64,000 bases of DNA. It comes from Laetmonice hystrix. Lineage: Eukaryota. Below, piece after piece: positions 48,801 through 58,800 of the stretch. Both the position numbers and the translations under genes were made by a program. Every line of letters begins with the position of its first letter. The stretch's first letter is position 1. The stretch lies in assembly GCA_965235115.1 (NCBI GenBank), contig OZ249436.1, positions 7,132,001 through 7,196,000 of the forward strand, given 5' to 3'. The notes below the pieces were generated by a model. It searched no databases, was not told where the DNA came from, and was given only the letters and a program-made list of their open reading frames with translations.

Positions 48801-51800
48801 GTGGTGGAACAAGATGAAAAGAGAACATTCATTAAATGCTTAGAGTTACACGGTAAATGTTGCAGCTCATAAGATGTACTTTAATGTATTTTAATGTCTC
48901 CCAGCTTTTATAATATATAGCATTTAGGATATGGCGCAATAATCCTGAATTTGAACCTCAGGGATTTCAAACCGTATGTCATTGTACCTGTGAATATAAT
49001 GTGATTGCTGACTGTGGCTGTAGACACAAGATTATGCTCCCTGAATTATAAATTACCTATTTCATACATACCTGGGTGTATCTGCATCAGGGAGAAAATC
49101 TGAATTATGGGTCAGTCAGGGTAGATTAGTACAACTGACGGTTTCATTGGCTGACGGGTTCATTGTGTATAATAGTTATATAATCCTGAAGAACAACGCT
49201 GACTAAAGTGACTTACATTATGAGCTAATTATCAGCTGATAAAGAAATCCAGAAAGACATTCAATTAATAATCATACGATTTGTCAATACTCCTAGATAA
49301 CTATCAAATGCTGGTAGTATTAATAGTGTTCAGATCGGAGTGCATGTTCAGCTACAGCTGACTGGTGTTCATTGGGATGGTTTAGGTATGAACAAAATTC
49401 ACCGAAAAAAGTTCTATTAGTGTAAATTAGAAACCCTGCTGTTAGTGTCATCATCTAGGTACTGTTGTCATAGATATTAAAAAGGATGTTGGTGAGTGAG
49501 TTTGTGAGTGAGTGCTGCTAGTGTGAGTAATGTAAACATGGCGGTGTGAATGGTCGTTGATGGTGTGAGTGATTGAGTGCCTGTGTGGGTGATTGATTGA
49601 GTGGGATGGCGGCCCTGCATGGCATCAATCTGCATGACCAGACCAATGTTCTCTTCTGATCCTCCAGCAAACCTGTGTCCGACACAAGGTAAACGCTCAG
49701 GTTTCTCGTACCAAGGCTTGTCTTGATACAGCAACCTTTCCTTCTCTTCCTTACCCTCTGCCTAGGTTATACGTTTTTGACACTGTCCTCCCCAATTTTC
49801 ACAATCCTTTGTACTTTGAATGTAGCTCACACTCTATCTGGTATTAACCGTCTTTGTCCCATAGCACAACTGCCCAATGGCAGTACGTACTTCGGTTTTT
49901 TGTAGCCAATAGTACGGTAGTAAGATTTTGCATTAGCACTGCGGTAATGAGGCACCATTTTCTAATTTAATAGATAATGACCATTAGACATTTTTTGAGA
50001 AGAAATTTAAGCCTAATGGTAGGAGGAAATTTTCAAGCAATACATACAAGATTGTTGCAAAATACATGTACATGTATATCATTTACTTTTATTGAAGCGT
50101 AACTTCTGGAAACGTTTTATTGTGGTACATGAGAAGAAAAATGGTGGCTTGTTAGTGACACTTGCTTAATGTGTATTATGTGGTGACCCACAACTCTGGC
50201 CTGTAGGCTGCTAACGATAACGGTGATTTAAGTCCAGGTGTTCTAACATAGATAGGTTCACATACAACTGCAGACATTAAGATGGAGGGGATTAACCCAT
50301 CACAGTAAGGATTATGATAAGGACCTGGGCCCAGTTCTTAAAAACTTAAGATCTTGCTTAAGCTTAACACTTCTGGGCCCAGTTCGTAAAAACGTAAGAT
50401 TTTGCTTAAGCTTAATCTTAACGCTTCTGATTGGCTGGCCTCAGTAGATCAGCCAATCAGAACCGTTAAGCTTAAGCTTAAGCAAGATCTTAAGTTTTTA
50501 CGAACTGGGCCCTGAATGGCTGCTCTGATTAGACTAGTCAATCAGAAGCCTTAAGCAAGATAAGTTTTTACGAACTGGGCCCTGTTCACATTTAATACTA
50601 ATCTGAAGGAATGCTAAATAAGTCTGGGACGGAAAGATAAATAAGTTTTTTTAAACATATTATTTATTTATTTAATTTTTCTTGATAGGGGACGACCAAT
50701 ATTTTAGGTGCATGCCACATGGGTCACAGAAATTGACTTTTGTAAAGGAACATACTACTAAGTGCACACATGTGTTGCTGCTATGAATGGCTCCACGTGG
50801 CTGGCACAATCATTTTTACGGGATCACCTGTAGAAGCAGTGACACGTAGTCGGGTAAATTCAGACGTGTGTTGTCCACTGAATGGTTGTTGCAGCAGCAG
50901 CAGCTTTGTGATTGTAATCATATGTCAGTCATCTTCTCGGGAGGTAGGCCACAATATTGTGGGCTACCCATGGCTCTTTTTATTAACAACTACGGCTTAA
51001 GTCAGTGGCAACGTTGTGATTAAGTCGGCTTTAGTCGGTCTTTCTTCTGTCTTTTCTTAGATTTTGAGTGATCTTTTATCGTTCTTATCTTATCAAAGAA
51101 AGATCAGAATATAGAACTTGGGATTTTGGCATTACCACTGTAGATTTATCTTATCTCTGTGATATATAGCAAGATATTAAGGTAACTCGTATATCTGGGT
51201 TATCATTTCAAATCCCATACACAGTTGACAAAGAGGAGGACCATTGTTTTGAAGTAGTACAATCTAAATGGCTCTTTTGACAACCTCCCTATACACATTA
51301 CAAATGTTTACATGTAGCGACCAGTAAAGCATGGGTCCTGGAAACATGTTACTTTGTTATCATAGTTTGGCTCACCACTTTTTCATTCTGCCCACAGATG
51401 TTCAAGTGGTATCGAGGGTCTACGTCAACAAGGTGTCACCAATCAAATTGTTCTTCAGTTCATTACTCAGTACGACGCCATCTTCCTGGAACCAGGAGAA
51501 CTTTCTCCTTACAAGGCCACCACTATACAGGTCACAATTTGTTTGTCACACCTGTATCAAACTGAGAATATCAATATATCAATCCTACACAAACATACAT
51601 GTACATTATTAATTGAAATAACAGTTGAACTGCAGATATGTCCCTTGCTGTTGTCTTAGATTTCAGAGTTGCACAACCTAAAAAAAAGCTGTGTAGCAGT
51701 CTTTGAGTGTCTATGAAAAAGTGGTTTTATATCAAAATTAGATATACCAGGTTTTTTAGGCAGTATGTAGAAAGTTTTCAGTGCAGCGAATCTGTAATTT

Positions 51801-54800
51801 GTGCCATATGATTGATGTTAGGTTGTGGAGCTGAAAAAGTCGCGCGCACCTCCACAACGACCCCCACCTCCACGGACAGATGGTACCAGTAGTCCACCTG
51901 TGCCCTCCCCAAGAAAGGTCAGTTATGCAGATGTTACCCCATTCTGTTTATCTCTCAGTATGTACAAATATACTGAACGGTAATGAAAATATAGCTCAAA
52001 TATTTACACATTTAACATTTAACATCAAACAATGAAACATTTGATTTTTGGCAAGAACTCAAACGTACGCGAGAGGTAACTCAACTGAATAGACTACTCA
52101 GAAAACATTCTTGTTCTCAACCAAAACACATCCTACTAGTGATGAAATATGTCGACCTTTATTAAAGAATTCCTGTCATCCATACATTGTCATTGAATTA
52201 AGAAATGTAGATTTAAAACTGAGCCTTTTGTTTTGATTGTTACAGGCACGGTCGAGACTGGCCACTCTCCAGGACAGTGATGACGTGGAGGGTGGGAGTG
52301 ACGAGTCTAGGACGAACACACCTCGGAGTGTGGGCAATCACACCCCTCGACTGTCTGATGATGAGTTTCTCGATACTTACCGGTCTGCCTCACCTTTTGT
52401 ACTCGACAGGTAGGTCAAGACAGCCCTGCTACAAAACATGTCCCTCAGGTACTCGTTAACAATTGACATGGGGTGGGGTGGTGGTGAGGGTTATGTCTGA
52501 CTGACCAAGGTAACATGGAGTCAAGTTGTAGGTTCCAGTGACGGTGTAATCTTTATAAGTTAGGTACTTGCTACAGGTGGACCGGTTACTCTTAACATCA
52601 TCCTGGGTGATGTTGCCGCAGGATGTGATGCTGAGCATGTTATAATTAACATGGTACGGATCCAGGATTTTGGAAAGGGGGCGCGTGGGGTGGAAAGGGG
52701 GGGGGCGTGGGGTGGAAGGGGGGCGTGGGGTGGAAAGGGGGCGTGGGGTCTGAGGGGTGAACTGTGCTGCGCAAAGTATGGGTGCAAGTAATTTTTTCAA
52801 TAAAAAGTGGGAGTGTGTCCCCATGCCCCCCAGGATCTGCCCCTGAATATGTCATGGAATTAGGTATGGAAGAGTTGGTAAATAGATGGTGGTTCTGCTT
52901 GTCATTTAGGACCAGGAAGTGCACGTTTGAATCTTTAGTATATTCTAGAAAATGCTAGAAGACTGCGGTCAAGGTAAACTATCCCTGTGTAAATAGAAAA
53001 TAGGAAGAAACCCATTGTATGTTCGTGGTAGAGAGTTTGAAATGGGTTTTGGGGGATCTCCTGTATGCGCCAAGAGGATTGGCTGAAGTATTCGCACCCA
53101 TTGTGGTATCATATATTTGCTAAGATCAACGAAAACTGCTGCGTAGCCACTGTGCTAGCCACTAAAAGACAGTGACGTGAGAAGAGAATGAGACAACTGT
53201 CAGATTGCTGTATCAAGTATTTACACACTAGTTGAATATGAAATCCCATAGTGGTAGAAGTTTTTAGGAGTGAGCAAGACCTGCCAAGTATCACTGTTGA
53301 TCAGTGTAGCGTTGTTTGACGAGTGAACTGCCCTGATCCTGTCAGTGTTTGTTTAGGAGTCGGTGGGATGGGCCTCATCCAGGTGGCCTCACTGTGTTCA
53401 GTATGGGTCACGTTCTGTCCAGGCTGGTCCTTTGATGGGCTTCCTGGTACGGCGGGCGGTGTGGGCCTGTGACCCATTCCTGGCAGCTGACTTCATGGTA
53501 TCAATAATAAAAGATGACGTCATGGTCTACACGCCATCACAGCGTCTGACGACACACAGATAGAGTCGGAGTGGTGGTAGGGGGACATATAAATGTCACC
53601 ATGCCTGCCACTGGACACAGTACCGGGCACACGCAAGGCGGCTACCTACCTAAAGCCTATGCTACACAGAAACCAGGTTTACCGGCACAAACAGGCTCAA
53701 TGGCGGATGTGCTAAGTCTTATACAAGGTTTACTTTGGTGGATTGATTCGTGGAGAAGAGGAAAGCTCCAGAATGAATCTATAACTTTCCACACAAGGTA
53801 ACAATTATTTCTCTCCATCAACTATTGCCACATGGCAGCATGTTGACTGTCAACTCTGGCAGTGACTGATTGATGTACTCAGCTGGGACCGTGTCAGATT
53901 TAACTCTCACAGGTACACAACCTCATGACAAAATACCAAGAAAACGGTTGGAATTTCTTGTTAAAGTTCTACTCTCCGATGTAAAGGTTTGAATTGTAGA
54001 TGGAACTACCTGACTTTATGTTACATCAGCAATATCTCTGAGTGTAGGTGCTCCGTGAACTGGTCGGGTTATGTGTGTTTGATTTGTTGGTCTCCTCGGA
54101 TGAGTTAAGACACAGGTACAGGATGTGATCAAGGCTGTAACCCAAGGATCTGGTTGAGCCGTCAGTGTATCCACATGCCACCAGGTGGCGGTGGCCCACT
54201 CCCCCTTCATGCTAGTATTCACGTGTAGAGCACAGATTTTAAGTAAGGTACCTTCTCCAGACATTTACCATTTCACCGGGAACTTCAAAGCAAGAGGGGT
54301 TTTCCATTTTGCAGTGACCGAAGTGAATCCAGTGCCATAGCGTCCTCTATGGCCTCCGTCAACTCTGAGTAAGTATTAGCTGACATAGATGAGGGATCCC
54401 CCATGTAAACTGCCAACAAATTGACATATTTGGAGGCTCGGGCACAGTTCGGACACGTGCCCAGGCGTGTCATGTGTCAGTTTGGTGGAGTTGACATGAG
54501 GAACAAATGTTGTCGGCGTCATGTTGTGTTTGTGGCGCAGTTTTTGCTTTCAAGTGCTGGTGAAGATAGTCCTGGATCAGATCAATGTATGATAGAAATC
54601 TTAGTACATGTACCAAGTCGGCTGTCCTATGGTGATTCCCTTACTCTGTCACTCTTGTTGCATGCACGGTCGGTTAGGTCGTTTTAGTACTGGCTTGATG
54701 TAGATCGTCGACAAGGAGAAGGTTAGGCATCATTGTATATGACTGGGAGCTTTCTTTTCGGATAGAAAATGTGTTCAAAGATTGAAAATTGTGATTCTGT

Positions 54801-55830
54801 AAATACAATTGGATAGTTTAGGTTGGTTATGAGTTGAAATATCAGAAATTTATTTTATGTCAAGTGATGATATGCTTCAGATTGCAATAAAACTTCATTT
54901 ATATATTATTGGATATTTATTGAACATTGCATGAGGGCGCGAGGTTAAGAATGTGTTATGCCCTGACAATCTGCCTGGTCGCTAAGATTTCATTAGCTTT
55001 TAATAATGTAAATTCTATCAGGGCATAATGTTTTAGCAGCGCCAGTGTGTGCTAAATGTGCATACAGTAAAATCCCCTTATAGTGAACACTTTGGGAACT
55101 GAGAAACAATGTTCAATATATAGAGTAGTTCCCTAATCAGAAGGAGCCGTATCTGACACCTCAAGGTTCACTAATGAAAATTAAAAGACTTCAGCACATT
55201 TTCAAATGTCAAACATTTTATACAGTAACTATAAAAACATTGAACACTTTTTCAACAAAAGTAATTGACTTTATACACAACTGTTTTCCATAACATCCCC
55301 CCCCCCCCCAAGGTAGCATCAAGAGAACACACTCTAGCCACGTCCTCATCATCTTTTTTCCACAACATGTTATTGTTATAATGATAGCCAAGCATGCAGC
55401 AGGTTGCACACAGTGCAGACTCCAAAATCACAGCCTGCAGTGTTCCCTAAAGAGAGGGTCAAAACAATGGGAGAAGTACATGACTGTACTTGAAAGTTTG
55501 TTCACTGTTTTCAGTACTATTATAGAGGTATTCACGAAAGAGAATTTGCCAAATATGATACAATGTTAAAACATAGGGAAGAACTTGGGACTGTGAAAAA
55601 GTGTTCACTATTCAGAGGTGTTCCTTAATCAGAGGTGTTTACTAACGGAGGTTTTACTGTATTTGGTTCTTGTGGTTACTGTCGCTTTAAGGCATAAATC
55701 TTTTTACAATATGGTCAAAGCATGAGAATCAAGAAAATGTATCTGTTGTGGCACAAATGTAAAGAAAAGCGTTTTAAAAAGCGTTCACAACCTTGGTGGG
55801 TCGATCAATACATAGAAATATTTTTAGACT

Positions 55831-55875
<45 letters not shown>

Positions 55876-58800
55876 CAACGAGACTAGACAGACCGGAGGT
55901 CCAGCTCTCCCTGCCGGCAACATCTGAGAGAAATATGTACCTTATCAGGAGTAATAAATCTGACCAGGCCGCTGACCACAGGCCAGTTCAGCACCACGTA
56001 CCCTGCTGGGGCGGCACCCTTTGTACCCAGACCTGTTTTCAGACCAGAATAAAAATTTCCACATCCCCCATCAGACCCCTGACACAGTTAGAGATGGAGC
56101 TTGCCTTTTTCAGATAATCCAGCCTTTATTCCAGTGGTTTTTGTGTCATATATATTAAATCCTGACGTCAGCAACCTGGTTCAGATACTATATGACACCA
56201 TAATCTAGCAGGAGATAGCTTAGTCAAGGCTTGTTAAGGGCAACTGGACGGGTGTTGGGCCACTTTTTGGCAAAGTAAGTAAATAGGTCAAGTTTTCCTT
56301 TCAAGATAACCTAAGTTTGTACCATGAAGCGATCAGTTTACGTCATATAATCGGGATCAGAATGAAGGAACAGGTAATTGCTTAACTCACTGCATTGGTA
56401 AATAAGACGTAAACAGATCGAAACACAGAGCAATTGTTCATTGATTTGAGAGTGTCTCACTACAGGAGCTAACAAGGCGTGGGGGGGGGGGGGATAACAG
56501 AACTTCATGGCACTGCATCCTTCAAGGCCACATCACCAGTACTGATGCAGCACTATAGGGCCTAATAATAAAATAATAATCCCTAATAGTACACGAATCA
56601 GCAAGGATTGCAGGATCCACGAGGTGGTCAGATCTGCTTCTATTGCCGTGGAGTCCAGATTCAGAATGAGATGCTCCCATGTCATTCTGCTTGTGTAGAG
56701 GTCGTAACCTGAGCCTTGCCTAGTCCCTCCCAACCCCTCCTCACCCCCTTTACTGGCGTTAGTTGGTAATCGTCTGTGACTAATTTGAAAACAAGCTCGG
56801 GTCTGGAGCCCCCAAAGAGGCCCAGCCGAGTTGGACCTCCGGTCTGTCTAGTCTCGTTGGTAGTAGTAAGAATTTTTCTTTTACCTTTAATTCGTTGGTG
56901 TTTTAATTTCAGGCAAAATATCAAACTATTTTGCCTGATTGATACTGTGGTAAAAGTTGTCCATTGAATTGTCTCCAGTCACGTTATCCCAACTGATTTC
57001 TTTCCCCCTCACTCATTGTCTTTCTTCACTGATTTATCCAAACAGTGGAGAGGATCCACCATGGTATGTGTGTGTGTAAATTTGTTGTTGTATTGTCACT
57101 GTCTAATTGTGTCTCGTCATTGTCATGCCTGACTGAGGGGAAGGAAAAGATATTGTATTGTGTTTTCCGATAGGATTATTTCTTTTGACTATTCTTGTCT
57201 GCATAGAGTAGTTAGTATTGTACATGTGATGTCGGTGGTATGCCTCATCCAGTTCCACCTGGCACCAGGAGGACATACCGAGTGTGCGAAGGTTTTCAAA
57301 TGAAAACAGAAATGTCCACATCCTTGCATCTGGTACATCATGATGTATCCTTGGTTAATGATGCTCGTCACCGCCTACAAATATGAAAAGAGACGGAGAT
57401 TACAAGAATGGATGTGTACACCAAAGAGGACATTTCCACCAGTGTGGTACCGTATGATGTACAACAGAGGACAAAACGAAATACTGGGACCATTCCCATC
57501 ACACCGATATAGAAATTTAAAAATTCAGACTGGGTGGGAACAGACTTTAGATTTCCGAATATTGATGATCATGCCAAGGTAGCCTGTTTATAACGGCAGC
57601 CTTTCGTGAGGAGTCAGTGGCGGGTACCACAGATAGTTGACCCGTATGAGGGGTGGCAACCCAGCAATACGGGATGAGTTGGAACATGTCTATGATGGGC
57701 TACTGTCCACCAACAAACAATTGTATTTACTGCTGTTACATGTAGGGATGTAAATGTTGAGAGTTTAGCAATAATGTTGGTTCCATATTGAGATTAAAAG
57801 CGTATTGTTAGACATGATTTATGGTTCTGCGCGGGGGGAGGAGGGGTTAAACAGTCAAACTTGACTAGAAGGCTGCTAGAAATCATGATAACCCCTGCTA
57901 TAAGAGATGACATTGGTGGTGACATCGACGGGTAGCCTTCTCGCCATTCGTTATCAATTTAAAATAGTTTGTCTGGAAAACAGCAGAATTGAAAATTTTT
58001 TTTTCTTGTGACCTCTCAAGATAGCAAAGATGATAGAGATTCCACGCAGTGTTGATTGCACTGCATTTTGTTCAGTTGACATTTTTTCAAATTTCTCGTA
58101 ACACTCCTAAAGTTTGCGATATCACTTTAAGAAGGTGAATGGAGTGGAGAGAGTGTATTACTTTCTAATAAGGCTTAAGAGATCAATGCCCACATGCTTC
58201 GTTTTACTTTGTTGTCTCCTTGTACCTTTCTTTCATCTTGGAAAAAATTATCTTCCACAAATCAACCTGTGTGATTCTATCATTGTGTCTGCCTTTTTGC
58301 CCATATAAGTTTGCACGTGCATGGCTTGCTTATTGTTAGAGGTGAAAAAGAACCAGTCTCTGTTGAGAACGTGTACACATAAAGTGTTTCCGTTCGTTAA
58401 ACACTATTTCATTTTTTAACCTGATTTTGTTTGGATTTTTGCAGGGCTGTAGAGAAGGCCATTAGTTCGGCAGTCTCCCAACATATGTTCGGGGACCTCA
58501 GTTCTGAGGAGGACACAACTTCTGGGGGTGAGTGTATGTTGGATATTAGATTTTTAATGTCGCTCTTGCCAAATGACGGAGTGGGGCTTCTCTGTTCTGA
58601 TGATAAATTCTGCAGATTATTAATAAATGCTAAATGATGTTGTGTCTGGATGAAGTCATTCTCCTTTTTCTTTTGGCTTTTGCATCTTTTGGTCAAATAT
58701 CCTTTAAAACAAACTATTGACCACCTGTCTGTGTCTGTAGCTACTGGTTTGATTAGTACAGAGTTGGTGTTTCTGATATTGTATAAGGACCAGTTGTGAC

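Noticed and set aside
52139..52222. Intronic C/D box snoRNA (GTGATGA...CTGA)
   Set aside because: No terminal stem, no recognisable guide, and too close to the acceptor.
55722..56117. 131-aa ORF with poly-Val
   Set aside because: Produced by the (TAG)15 microsatellite; no splice or homology support.
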